A stretch of DNA of 64,000 nucleotides, taken from positions 2,624,894 through 2,688,893 of the forward strand of contig JAYQLI010000035.1 in NCBI GenBank assembly GCA_038143065.1, written 5' to 3'. Positions 21,457 through 31,642 of the stretch are shown piece by piece (within the stretch, counting starts at the first letter, position 1; the number at the start of each line of letters is the position of its first letter). The translations under genes were made by a program, and so were the position numbers. Source of the stretch: Rhodospirillales bacterium (GTDB lineage: Bacteria; Pseudomonadota; Alphaproteobacteria; Bin95). The notes under the pieces were generated by a model. The model saw nothing but the letters and a program-made list of their open reading frames with translations, ran no database searches and was not told the origin of the DNA.

Positions 21457-22493
21457 TTGGCGTTTTACGACTGGCTTTTCGATAGTCTAGGGCTGCGCAG
21501 TTGGTGCGATGGTGGGAAGCAAGATGGGCCAATGTCAATGGCTGAGCTTCTAGCCAAGGCAAAGGAAAACAAGCTGCTGAGGACGGTGAGAGTTTTCCAT
21601 TTCCTTCCCTGGATACCCTTCACGAGGCGTGTGGGGCGATGCCACGTACACGAGAGATGACTGCTGGTTTGGAGCAGTTATTCTTAGACGTCAAAGATAG
21701 TTTGAAGATTGTTTTAGACCCATTAACGCAGCCATTAAGCTGGATGCTAGACGGGGCGCTATGGCTTTTTGCGAGTATGCCTTGGTGGGTTCTTCTACCC
21801 TTACTTCTACTGATATGTTGGTCAATTACACGTAGCTTGCGCGTTTCAGTTCTAGTGGCGGCGTCATTTGCGTTGCTTGGATTTATTGACCATCTAGATA
21901 GTGCTGTGCAGACCCTATCTATTATTTTTGTTTGCACATCAATATCAGTGGTTTTGGGCGTTCCCTTGGGTATCGCTATGTCCAAGAGCGATCGTTTTCA
22001 GAAAGCTACACTACCAGTCTTGGATTTACTCCAGACATTACCAAGTTTTGTTTACTTGATACCGTTAATTTTCCTCTTTTCAGTTACAGAATCTAAACTT
22101 TATGGAATTGCCATTATTCTCTACGCAATTGTTCCTGTAATACGCTTGACGGATCTCGGCATACGACTTGTAGATCGAGATGTGATAGAGGCTGCAGATG
22201 CGTTTGGTATGACCAATCGTCAGAAGCTGATTGGTGTTGAAATGCCACTCGCACTTCCAAACATTATGGCCGGTATTAATCAAACCATCATGATGAGTTT
22301 GGCGATGGTTGTTATCGCCTCTCTCGTGTCTGCTCCAGGCTTAGGGGTTTTGGTTTTGCGCGGCATTCGTAATCTGGAGCTTGGCGTTGGCTTAGTCGCA
22401 GGCCTCGGTATCGTTCTGCTTGCTGTTGTTCTCGATCGTGTGAGTAAAGCGGCCCTTGATCGTGTCGATAAGTCTAAAGCGGGAGGCCTCTGA
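21457..22493 (+). CDS. proW: Glycine betaine/proline ABC transporter permease; frameshift in the N-terminal extension
   Basis: DLLQTLPSFVYLIP, EAADAFG and MAGINQTIMMSLAMVVIAS motifs. Confidence 0.85.
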
Positions 22494-22494
22494 G

Positions 22495-23562
22495 TTGGAT
22501 AACACAGGATCTTCCTCAATGGTGCCACAAATCAGAATACGAGGGCTGCACAAGATATTTGGGCCTGACCCTGAGCTTATGTTGGAACATGTTCATAATG
22601 GCGTTCGTAAACAGGAGTTATTAGTGGATTTTGGACATGTTTTGGGTTTAAGAGACATTAACGTCGACATGAAAGCTGGCGAAATCACAGTGATCATGGG
22701 GCTTTCTGGCTCAGGTAAGTCAACTCTGATCCGTCATCTTAATCGCCTCATTGAGCCTACAGACGGTGAAATTCTCGTCGACGGTGAAGATGTAATGAAA
22801 TTAGATCAAAGCGGTCTGAGGGAACTTCGGCGTCGGAAGATGTCAATGGTATTTCAAAAATTTGCGCTCCTGCCTCATAAATCGGTTTTACAAAACGCTG
22901 CTACTGCCCTTGAAGTTCGTGGACATAACGATGACGAGCGCGAAGGAGAGGCCCGCAGATGGTTGGCTCGGGTTGGCCTAGAAGGCTATGAAGATAGCTT
23001 CCCACACCAGCTATCTGGCGGGATGCAGCAACGAGTTGGTATTGCGCGGGCTCTAACAGCAAATACAGATATCATGCTGATGGACGAGGCATTTTCAGCC
23101 CTAGATCCCTTGATCCGAACTGATATGCAAGATCTGCTTTTAGAACTGCAGTCTGAGTTGCATAAAACGGTTGTGTTTATAACCCATGACTTAGATGAGG
23201 CTATGAAGTTGGCTGATCATCTTGTCATCTTGAACGAAGGAGAGGTTGTGCAGCAGGGAGAGCCGCAGGGTATCCTTCTGAAGCCAGCCGACCCTTACAT
23301 TGAAGACTTCGTTAGCGATATTAACAGAGCAAGAGTGCTCCGAGTTCGGTCTGTTATGCAAAATCATTCGACGGGTCGTGAAATTGCGGGTGAAGTTGAT
23401 CACAATGATACATTGGAGAGCCTCATAGCTATTTCTGGAGGTGATACCACGCACAATTATCGTGTTATGCGGGATGGAAAAGCTGTTGGGGAATTAGATA
23501 TGCGTGATTTAGTAAAAGCGCTGACGCCAAGTGTTGCAGCTCGTTCCTTTTCGGAGCGCTAA
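22495..23562 (+). CDS. proV: Glycine betaine/proline ABC transporter ATP-binding protein
   Basis: GLSGSGKS, LSGGMQQRVG, LMDEAFSALDPLIR and ITHDLDEA; start may be 22495 (TTG) or 22519 (ATG). Confidence 0.9.
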   Translation: MDNTGSSSMVPQIRIRGLHKIFGPDPELMLEHVHNGVRKQELLVDFGHVLGLRDINVDMKAGEITVIMGLSGSGKSTLIRHLNRLIEPTDGEILVDGEDVMKLDQSGLRELRRRKMSMVFQKFALLPHKSVLQNAATALEVRGHNDDEREGEARRWLARVGLEGYEDSFPHQLSGGMQQRVGIARALTANTDIMLMDEAFSALDPLIRTDMQDLLLELQSELHKTVVFITHDLDEAMKLADHLVILNEGEVVQQGEPQGILLKPADPYIEDFVSDINRARVLRVRSVMQNHSTGREIAGEVDHNDTLESLIAISGGDTTHNYRVMRDGKAVGELDMRDLVKALTPSVAARSFSER

Positions 23563-23839
23563 TATTTCCAAATTATAGCTAGAAATTTTTATTATCTTTT
23601 ATCGATTCCGAGCACTTGAAGTTTTCCAAATGTACCTCTCTAAATTCATTTCGAACAACGCTGAGTCAATTCCAAGGCTCCAATACTCTTTTGGGAAGTA
23701 ATACTTTAAAGCCGAGAGAGCTCCTGGTTATTGCTACCAAGCTTACAGAGGCTAAATAGTCTATCAGAATACCAGAGGCCGATCTGAAGTTTTGTTCAAA
23801 AGGTCGAGTTGAAGGGCGTCAATCAGGGAAATTAGAAAT

Positions 23840-24997
23840 ATGGTTTTCTGGATAAGTTCCACTGTTATTTCCATTTTCATCGCGATCATGTTGGGGATGA
23901 AACTGATCCGATCCAATCCCAAGCCCAAATGGCCTCTGGCAGTAGCATTCAGTTTTGCCACCCTTGCATCGATTGGTTCTGTCGTTCTGACCACAGTAAC
24001 AAGCGTAAACGTGCCTCAAAATATAAAGGCAAACACTAATGAAAAAGTTAGTCCTGACGATGGTTTTGACAGTCTTGTGGCAAATTTACAGAAGGACCTG
24101 GAGAAGAACCCAGGTCGCATCGAAGGTTGGTCTTTGCTGGGGCGATCTTTTGTTGCTCTCGGGCGTTTGGATGATGCGATAAGTGCTTTTCGGCAAGCTG
24201 TAGAACGCTCGGACCCGCCAGCTGCAGAACAGATTGGTGAACTTGCAGAAACTATCGTGGCGGCAGCAGGGGGGCGCGTAGAGCAGGAGGCTGAGCAACT
24301 TTTTGCTCAGGTATTAACTATTAGTCCTGGCGATCCTCGCGCGCGCTATTATTTGGCGGAAGCGTATGTCACACGTGGCAATCTAGTAGAGGCACGTACT
24401 GCATTCACAGCGATGCTGCGTTCTGCCCCTAAAGATGCTCCTTGGCGCACAACAGTTTTGGATCGTCTTAAAGAAATTTCCCAAAAATCTCAGGATGTGC
24501 CTGAAAAAGAACGGATCCCCGGTCCGTCAAGTGAACAGATTGCTGCCGCTGCCGATATGCCGCCTGAAGAAAGAGCTGAAATGATCCGCGGTATGGTTGA
24601 TGGATTGGCAGAAAAGATGAAAAATAATCCTGACGACTTTAGCGGTTGGCTCCGACTGGCCAATTCTTACATGGTCCTAAATGAGGAAGCCAAGGCAGCT
24701 GCTGCTCTGAAAAATGCTTTAGCTCTTCAGCCTGGTAACCCGGGCCTCTTGGTTCAATACGCTGAGGTTTTAATTTCAATAAATGGTGGGAGAATATCTG
24801 AAGAGGCAGAGAATGCTCTGAAAAGAGCTATTAGAAGAGAGCCTGGTAATCCCCAAGCGAGCTGGCGTCTCGGACAGGCTGCAGCTCAAAGCGGTAATAA
24901 AGAAGAAGCGCGTCGTTTTTGGTCAGAACTCCTCCCCAAGCTCTTATCTGCTGATCCTTTGAAAGCCGAAGTTAAGCGCGCGTTGGACGCGCTTTAG
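23840..24997 (+). CDS. cycH: Cytochrome c biogenesis TPR protein CcmI/CycH-like
   Basis: N-terminal TM helices, NPGRIEGWSLLGRS, MIRGMVDGLA, DFSGWLRLANSY and TPR repeats. Confidence 0.75.
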   Translation: MVFWISSTVISIFIAIMLGMKLIRSNPKPKWPLAVAFSFATLASIGSVVLTTVTSVNVPQNIKANTNEKVSPDDGFDSLVANLQKDLEKNPGRIEGWSLLGRSFVALGRLDDAISAFRQAVERSDPPAAEQIGELAETIVAAAGGRVEQEAEQLFAQVLTISPGDPRARYYLAEAYVTRGNLVEARTAFTAMLRSAPKDAPWRTTVLDRLKEISQKSQDVPEKERIPGPSSEQIAAAADMPPEERAEMIRGMVDGLAEKMKNNPDDFSGWLRLANSYMVLNEEAKAAAALKNALALQPGNPGLLVQYAEVLISINGGRISEEAENALKRAIRREPGNPQASWRLGQAAAQSGNKEEARRFWSELLPKLLSADPLKAEVKRALDAL

Positions 24998-25141
24998 GAG
25001 TAAAAACCTAAGTTTACGCGACATTATTCATTTGAAAGGTTATGCTCTTATCAAGTGAGATTCTTAGGCTTGGAGAAGGCTGACTCCAGAGATGCCCGAA
25101 AAGCCAGTACATGAGTTATTTGAAAAGTTAGGGGGATAAGC

Positions 25142-26809
25142 ATGTCTCAAATAAAAGCATCAGACCTTTTTGTGAAATGCCTGGAGGAAGAGGGGGTTAC
25201 CCACATCTTTGGTGTTCCGGGCGAAGAGAATGCTGATTTCATGATTTCTCTTAAGAAGAGCAAAAAAATTGAATTTGTTCTCTGTAGACATGAACAGGCA
25301 GCGGCATTTATGGCTGACCTGTATGGAAGATTAACCGGTAAAGCAGGTGTTTGCTTAGGCACCCTGGGGCCGGGTGCCACAAATCTGGTTACAGGTGTTG
25401 CAGACGCCAACATGGACCGTGCGCCTTTGGTTGCAATTATTGGTCAGGCTGGAACTTATCGTTTGCATAAGGAAAGCCACCAGAACATGGATGCGATTGC
25501 CATGTTTCGGCCAATTACGAAGTGGGCGCAAACTATTTATAATGCGGGCACTGTTGCTGAGGTGGTGCGTAAAGCATTTAAGGTGGCAGAAGCTGAAAAG
25601 CCGGGGGCTACAGTTATTGAACTACCTGAAGACGTAGCCAAACACATGGTAGACGTGCAGCCTCTGGCGCCAAAGAAAACCCGTCGCGCAGCAGCTGATC
25701 ATAAGGCAGTTTCACAGGCAGTAGATATAATTGCTGCCGCCAAAAACCCTGTGATCCTCGCTGGCAATGGTTGCGTCCGAAAGCGTGCCTCAGAGCAACT
25801 TCGGCGCTTGGCCCATAAAACTGGTATTCCCGTCGTAAATACCTTCATGGGTAAAGGTGCCGTCTCTATGGATGATGAGCACTGCTTGTTTACTCTAGGC
25901 CTTCAAGGCCGTGATCATGTGAATCTTCTTCTTGATGAAGCTGACGTTATAGTTGCAGCGGGATATGACCTGGTAGAATACGCGCCAGCTTTCTGGATGA
26001 AGGGCAAGAAGAAAAAGGTAATCGTTATCGACTTTGAGCATGCTGAAGTAGATTCTGCACTGCCCGTTGATGTAGATATGGTAGCAGATGTTGCGGACAG
26101 TCTCTGGCAGATGAATGAGCTTATTAACGAGCGCTATGAAGGTAGTTTGCCGCTGTTTGATATTAAGAAGCATGCACAGCTTCGAAAGACGATCTGGGAA
26201 GATTTAAATGCAGAGGCTAATGACAATTCGTTCCCTGTAAAGCCGCAGCGTGTCATTAACGAAATGCGCCGCATTATGGGGCCGTCAGATGTCATGCTGT
26301 CTGATGTGGGTGCTCATAAAATGTGGGTCTCTCGCTATTACCAGTGTTACGAGCCAAATACCTGCCAAATTTCAAATGGCTTTTGTACGATGGGATTTGC
26401 TTTGCCTGGTGCTATCGGAGCTAAGATTGCAATGCCCAATAGTAAGGTAGGCTGCATTGCAGGTGATGCTGGATTTATGATGAATGTTCAGGACATAGAA
26501 ACAGCTGTTCGTAATAAAATACCATTCGTATGCGTTGTTTTCTGCGATGAGGAATACGGCCTCATAAAATGGAAGCAGCAAAACCAATTTGACGAACACT
26601 CAGACCTTAAATTTACCAATCCTGACTTTGAAAAACTGGCGGAGGCATTTGGTTGCTACGGCAAGGTTGTTAGGAAGACCGAAGATCTTCCATCTATTTT
26701 GGAAGAGGCTTTCGCTCAAGAAGGTCCCGCGATAGTCGCTGTCCCAATCGATTATTCTGAAAATCTAAAATTCACCAAAAGATTGGGAGCAATTGAAGCT
26801 ACAATTTAA
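25142..26809 (+). CDS. Acetolactate synthase large subunit family TPP enzyme
   Basis: FGVPGEEN, RHEQAAAF, TLGPGATN, DVGAHKMW and GDAGF (TPP motif); no ilvH small subunit follows. Confidence 0.88.
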   Translation: MSQIKASDLFVKCLEEEGVTHIFGVPGEENADFMISLKKSKKIEFVLCRHEQAAAFMADLYGRLTGKAGVCLGTLGPGATNLVTGVADANMDRAPLVAIIGQAGTYRLHKESHQNMDAIAMFRPITKWAQTIYNAGTVAEVVRKAFKVAEAEKPGATVIELPEDVAKHMVDVQPLAPKKTRRAAADHKAVSQAVDIIAAAKNPVILAGNGCVRKRASEQLRRLAHKTGIPVVNTFMGKGAVSMDDEHCLFTLGLQGRDHVNLLLDEADVIVAAGYDLVEYAPAFWMKGKKKKVIVIDFEHAEVDSALPVDVDMVADVADSLWQMNELINERYEGSLPLFDIKKHAQLRKTIWEDLNAEANDNSFPVKPQRVINEMRRIMGPSDVMLSDVGAHKMWVSRYYQCYEPNTCQISNGFCTMGFALPGAIGAKIAMPNSKVGCIAGDAGFMMNVQDIETAVRNKIPFVCVVFCDEEYGLIKWKQQNQFDEHSDLKFTNPDFEKLAEAFGCYGKVVRKTEDLPSILEEAFAQEGPAIVAVPIDYSENLKFTKRLGAIEATI

Positions 26810-26835
26810 ATCGAGTTCATATACCTAATTACTAA

Positions 26836-26866
26836 TGGAAGCCGATCGGCTTCCCATTTCTTTTTG
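26836..26866. terminator. Hairpin between convergent ALS and msrA genes
   Basis: ggaagccg-at-cggcttcc inverted repeat followed by atttcttttt. Confidence 0.6.
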
Positions 26867-26873
26867 ATGATGT

Positions 26874-27520
26874 TTAGCTATTGGTGCAGGCAACTCCTGT
26901 TCCGCCTAATCCGCAGTATCCAGCCGGATTTTTTGCAAGATATTGCTGGTGATAATCCTCTGCATAGAAAAAATTTTGATGGTCTAGAATTTCTGTTGTG
27001 ATGTTGCCGTAACCTGCTGCTGTAAGAGCCTGCTGGTAGCTTTTTTACTTGCTTCCGCAGCAGTCTTCTGTTCCTCGGAAGTCACATAAATTCCTGAACG
27101 GTACTGAGTTCCAACATCATTTCCTTGTCGCATGCCCTGGGTAGGGTTATGACCTTCCCAAAAACGCTTCAATAGTGCCTCAAAAGATACTTTATATTGG
27201 TCAAAGCAGACTAGTACAACCTCATTATGCCCAGTCATTCCCGAGCACACTTCTTCGTAGGTAGGGTTTGGTGTAATCCCCGCCGCATAACCCACGGCTG
27301 TTGAATATACACCTTGTGTTTGCCAGAAAATTCGTTCTGCTCCCCAGAAGCAACCTAATCCCAGGAGCACAGTTTGGACAGAATCTGGGAAAGGCGGCTT
27401 TAGCCTAGCTCCGGAGACAAAATGTGTGTCTGGGGTGGGTAGAGGTGTTTCGCGACCAGGTAATGCTTGATTTGGGTCAGGTAGCTCTAACTTTTTCTGA
27501 GCGTGCAGGAAATTGAACAT
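26874..27520 (-). CDS. msrA: Peptide methionine sulfoxide reductase A; frameshift near 27040
   Basis: [17 protein letters not shown] and GTQYRSGIY; the other frame gives [28 protein letters not shown]. Confidence 0.93.
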
Positions 27521-27588
27521 ATCAAATGCCTCGCTTAAATATCTTACATTTGTAATAGGTTTAGTTTGAAGTTATATCCAGTCAGATA

Positions 27589-28788
27589 CTAAATTTCGAC
27601 TTCAAGTCTCGTAACTTCTCTGAAACGTACTCTATCACTAAGCTCTGCTGGTCGGCTTAGTTTGATTTTCGGAAAACGTTGAAAAAGCTTTTCAAAGGCT
27701 ATTCTTGCTTCAATCCGTGCTAGTGTATTTCCAGCACAGATATGAATACCAAGTCCAAAAGATAAATGTCGATTTGGTCTTCTTGCAATATCGAAGAGAT
27801 TTGGTTCGGGGAATTGAGAGGGATCGCGGTTGGCCGCTCCTAACATAAGATGAACAGTTGTACCTGAAGGGATTTTGAATTCCCCTATCTTTGTATCAGA
27901 AAGAGCCAATCGGTTGTTGATTTGAATTGGTGCTTGATATCTGAGGACTTCTTCTGTTGCGGTCTCTGAGAGTTCTGGGTTTTTTACTAGACCACTAATC
28001 TCTCCTGGATTGTGGAGGAACTCATGAATACCATGCGATAGCATATTGGTAGATGTTTCATGGCCTGCATTAAGCATGAAAATGCATTGGTGAAGAAGTT
28101 CGGTTTCTGTCAATCGGCTTCCCTCTTCCTCAGCAGTCATGAGGTCTGACAGGATTTCTCCTTCTCCGCGTGCACTTGGGTTTCGTCGACGAGTAGCTAT
28201 TTGGTCTCGCAAATAAGCTTTGAAATTTTCAACTGCTTTGTTTCCAGAAAGCATTTGCTCGTCTGATATTTGCGGCTCTAAAGCCCCAAGTATTTGTAAT
28301 GCCCAGTCTCGGATAAGCTCACGGTCTTCTTTTGGAGTGCCTAGCATGTCGCAGACAACTTCAACCGGGAGACGGAAGGAAAAATCCGATACCACCTCCA
28401 TTTTTTTGCTATCAGCGAGTTGGTCTAGATACCCGTCAATAAGTGAGCAAATCCGCGGCTCAAGTGCTGTCAAAGCTTTGGGGGTGAATGCATGTTGAAA
28501 AAGTCTTCGTATTCGGGTGTGGTCTGGCGGATCTCTAAAGACCAAACTAGTTGTGTGATGCTCATAAAGTAAAGATTGAGCGCCAAATTTTGGTTTAAAT
28601 ACCGCTTTTTTGTCAGAACTCCACACCTCAGGATTTCTATAAACGGCAACGATGTCCTCATAACGTGTTAGGATTAACGAACCATCACTATTCCAGTGAA
28701 TAGGGCTTTCTTGCCTTAATTGCTCGAAATATTCATAGGCGTTAGGCACGAAGTCATTTGGAAGGTTCATGATGTCAAAAGAGATCAT
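27589..28788 (-). CDS. Cytochrome P450
   Basis: DPPDHTRIR, AGHETS I-helix, EEVLR (ExxR) and HLSFGLGIHICAG heme-Cys motif. Confidence 0.93.
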   Translation of the reverse strand: MISFDIMNLPNDFVPNAYEYFEQLRQESPIHWNSDGSLILTRYEDIVAVYRNPEVWSSDKKAVFKPKFGAQSLLYEHHTTSLVFRDPPDHTRIRRLFQHAFTPKALTALEPRICSLIDGYLDQLADSKKMEVVSDFSFRLPVEVVCDMLGTPKEDRELIRDWALQILGALEPQISDEQMLSGNKAVENFKAYLRDQIATRRRNPSARGEGEILSDLMTAEEEGSRLTETELLHQCIFMLNAGHETSTNMLSHGIHEFLHNPGEISGLVKNPELSETATEEVLRYQAPIQINNRLALSDTKIGEFKIPSGTTVHLMLGAANRDPSQFPEPNLFDIARRPNRHLSFGLGIHICAGNTLARIEARIAFEKLFQRFPKIKLSRPAELSDRVRFREVTRLEVEI

Positions 28789-28954
28789 AAAATTTGGCCT
28801 TCTGGCTTAGCTGCAACGGCGGTCCAATGGCATGAGATGCCAATATAAAAATAATCCATATGCTCCGAAGAATAATCAGGAAAAATTAGTGTTAGTAAAT
28901 ATTTCTGACTCAAAACTCCTACTGAAAACCAGAGCCTGTTCGGAACGAGTAATC

Positions 28955-29791
28955 CTATTTAGCTATACCACGACTTCGCTCATAAAGAGCTATTGAAGCG
29001 GCGCTAGCAAGATTAAGACTCTCTACTTGTTGTGCCATCGGTATTCTAACAAGTGAGTCACACCGCTCGGTTGTCAGGCGTCGAAGGCCATTGCCCTCCG
29101 AGCCAATAATTAACGCGGTGGGCCGATCAAAAGGAGCGTCATACAATTCAGTTTTGGCTTCTCCAGAGAGGCCGCATGTCCAAAACCCATTGGACTTTAG
29201 CGTGTCTATGGCTCGGGCAAGGTTGGGGCATTTTAAGTAGGTTACATATTCGAAAGTTCCTGCGGCAGCTTTCACTAACAGTCCACTTTCGTCAGGTGCA
29301 GCTCGTTCAGTCGTGACCACTGCTGATGCTCCAAATGCTGCGGCTGCCCTGATAACAGCACCTACATTTCTCGGGTCGTTCGCTTGGTCAAGCACAACGA
29401 CTGTAGACGAATCGTCTAATGCTCTTAATTCGGCAACGTCGAGATTTTCTAGCGGGTGAACGGCAAGAGCCACTCCTTGGTGCACTGCATCTCTGCCAAG
29501 AAGGCGATCGAGTTCTGGTGGCGCGGATCTTACCACGTTGATACCGTCGCGTTCTGCCTGTTCAAGAACTTCTTGATTGGGTTCCGCGAAAATATCAGTG
29601 ACGCAGGCTCGCTCGATTCTCCGCGCAGGATTTTTTATAGCTGCTATCGAAGGGTGCTTGCCATATAGCCAGTATGTATCCCCGCCGGCACCACTCTTGG
29701 GTCGAGGCCGTCGACCCCGAGTTTGCGGCCTATGCTCTTGAGAGGATTGAGGGTGGTTGCTCGTATGACGCCTTTTATTGAACTGAGACAG
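28955..29791 (-). CDS. rlmB: 23S rRNA (guanosine-2'-O)-methyltransferase RlmB (SpoU/TrmH family); apparent CTG start
   Basis: HQGVA, DPRNVGAVIR, GSEGNG and ESLNLAS; the frame stays open upstream of 29536 through YWLYGKHP..AAIKNP to a CTG at 29791 preceded by GGAGA; typical position divergent from tRNA-Tyr. Confidence 0.88.
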   Translation of the reverse strand: MSQFNKRRHTSNHPQSSQEHRPQTRGRRPRPKSGAGGDTYWLYGKHPSIAAIKNPARRIERACVTDIFAEPNQEVLEQAERDGINVVRSAPPELDRLLGRDAVHQGVALAVHPLENLDVAELRALDDSSTVVVLDQANDPRNVGAVIRAAAAFGASAVVTTERAAPDESGLLVKAAAGTFEYVTYLKCPNLARAIDTLKSNGFWTCGLSGEAKTELYDAPFDRPTALIIGSEGNGLRRLTTERCDSLVRIPMAQQVESLNLASAASIALYERSRGIAK

Positions 29792-29869
29792 AGTAATTCT
29801 CCAATGCTTGCTTGTTTAGCCTGCGCCGGTGCGTCGCGCCAAGGGAGGGTATGCTCCAGACATTGCTTA

Positions 29870-29899
29870 TTGACAAGACACCACTGAGCCAACTATTTC
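29870..29899 (+). promoter_or_regulatory. Sigma70-type promoter for the tRNA-Tyr/tRNA-Gly/tuf transcript
   Basis: TTGACA at 29870-75, with CTATTT/TATTTC 17-18 nt downstream. Confidence 0.55.
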
Positions 29900-29933
29900 T
29901 CCGCTCTTACTGGTCGGAATGTTTTCGGCCTGA

Positions 29934-30018
29934 GGAGGGGTGCCCGAGTGGTTAAAGGGGACGGGCTGTAAACCCGTTGGCTTTGCCTACGTTGGTTCGA
30001 ATCCAACTCCCTCCACCA
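29934..30018 (+). tRNA. tRNA-Tyr (GTA)
   Basis: ggagggg acceptor, acggg-ctGTAaa-cccgt anticodon arm, long variable arm, GGTTCGAATCC, encoded CCA. Confidence 0.96.
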
Positions 30019-30076
30019 CTTAATGTTTGTCAGCTCTTGCTAAGTTTTAGTGAGAGCCAAAGAAGGAAAAAATTAA

Positions 30077-30150
<74 letters not shown>

Positions 30151-30243
30151 CTAGCGACTGTGTCTTTTCGACCTGTAATTGTTTTTAACCTGTCGTTCAA
30201 CACCCCTAAGAGACGGTGTTGGCGCTAACGAGTTGAGGCCGCT

Positions 30244-31435
30244 ATGGCGAAAGAGAAGTTTGAGCGTAATAAGCCGCACTGCAACATCGGGACCATTGGC
30301 CATGTTGATCATGGCAAGACGTCTTTGACTGCAGCGATCACCAAGGTGCTTGCCGAGTCTGGTGGAGCCAATTTCCAGGCTTATGATCAGATTGATAAGG
30401 CTCCTGAAGAGAAGGCACGTGGTATCACGATTTCAACGGCGCACGTGGAGTATGAGACGGAAGGTCGTCACTACGCACACGTTGATTGTCCTGGCCACGC
30501 TGACTACGTGAAGAACATGATCACCGGTGCGGCGCAGATGGACGGCGCTATCTTGGTGGTTTCAGCTGCTGACGGCCCTATGCCCCAGACCCGCGAGCAC
30601 ATTCTGCTTGCACGTCAGGTTGGTGTGCCTGCTCTAGTGGTATTCATGAACAAGGTTGATCAGGTTGACGACGAAGAGCTTCTAGAGCTTGTAGAGCTTG
30701 AGGTTCGCGAGCTTCTGTCCTCCTATGACTTCCCAGGCGATGATATTCCTATCATCAAGGGTTCTGCGCTAGCCGCGCTTGAAGATTCAAACAAAGAGAT
30801 CGGCCACGACGCTGTTCTTGAACTGATGGCAGCGGTTGATGAGTATATTCCTCAGCCAGAGCGTCCAGTTGATCGTCCATTCCTAATGCCTATTGAGGAC
30901 GTATTCTCAATCTCTGGTCGTGGTACAGTTGTTACCGGCCGTGTTGAGCAGGGCATTGTTAAGGTTGGTGAGGAAATCGAGATCGTTGGTATCCGTGATA
31001 CTGCGAAGACTACGGTTACCGGCGTTGAGATGTTCCGTAAGCTTCTGGATCAAGGCCAGGCTGGTGACAATGTTGGTTGCTTGCTTCGTGGTGTTGGTCG
31101 TGAGGACGTGGAGCGTGGTCAGGTTCTGTCGAAACCAGGATCAATTACACCGCACACCCAATTCCAGTGTGAGTGCTATGTGCTGACAAAAGGAAGAGGG
31201 AGGGCGCCACACGCCATTCTTCTCGAACTATCGCCCTCAGTTCTACTTCCGGACCACGGACGTTACGGGGACGGTTGAACTTCCTGAAGGCACTGAAATG
31301 GTGATGCCAGGTGACAACATTGCGATGAAGGTGAACCTGATCGCTCCAATTGCAATGGACGAAGGTCTGCGCTTTGCGATCCGTGAAGGCGGTCGCACTG
31401 TTGGCGCCGGCGTCGTCGCTAAAATCGTCGCTTAA
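30244..31435 (+). CDS. tuf: Elongation factor Tu (copy 1); one extra A at 31188-31191 breaks the frame
   Basis: [16 protein letters not shown]; nearly identical to the copy at 46905-48095, which has only three A's at this site. Confidence 0.97.
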
Positions 31436-31475
31436 GCGAGGGTTTGGAGGTCGCAGTAAGGCGAACCAATCAAGT

Positions 31476-31551
31476 AGGAGCGTAGCTCAATTGGTAGAGC
31501 ACCGGTCTCCAAAACCGGGGGTTGCGGGTTCGATCCCTGCCGCTCCTGCCA
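31476..31551 (+). tRNA. tRNA-Trp (CCA)
   Basis: aggagcg/cgctcct acceptor, ccggt-ctCCAaa-accgg, GGTTCGATCCC, CCA; canonical position before secE. Confidence 0.96.
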
Positions 31552-31642
31552 CTTGATTGGTAGCATGGCAGAGGCAATAGGCTCGCTTTAGTTTTTTGTG
31601 TGAAGAATGTCGATGTAAATCGGCGTAACGTTTGGGATTGTG

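Noticed and set aside
24998-25141. TPP riboswitch or leader-peptide attenuator upstream of the acetolactate synthase-like gene
   Set aside because: No CTGAGA...ACCTGA core and no branched-chain-rich leader ORF with terminator is visible.
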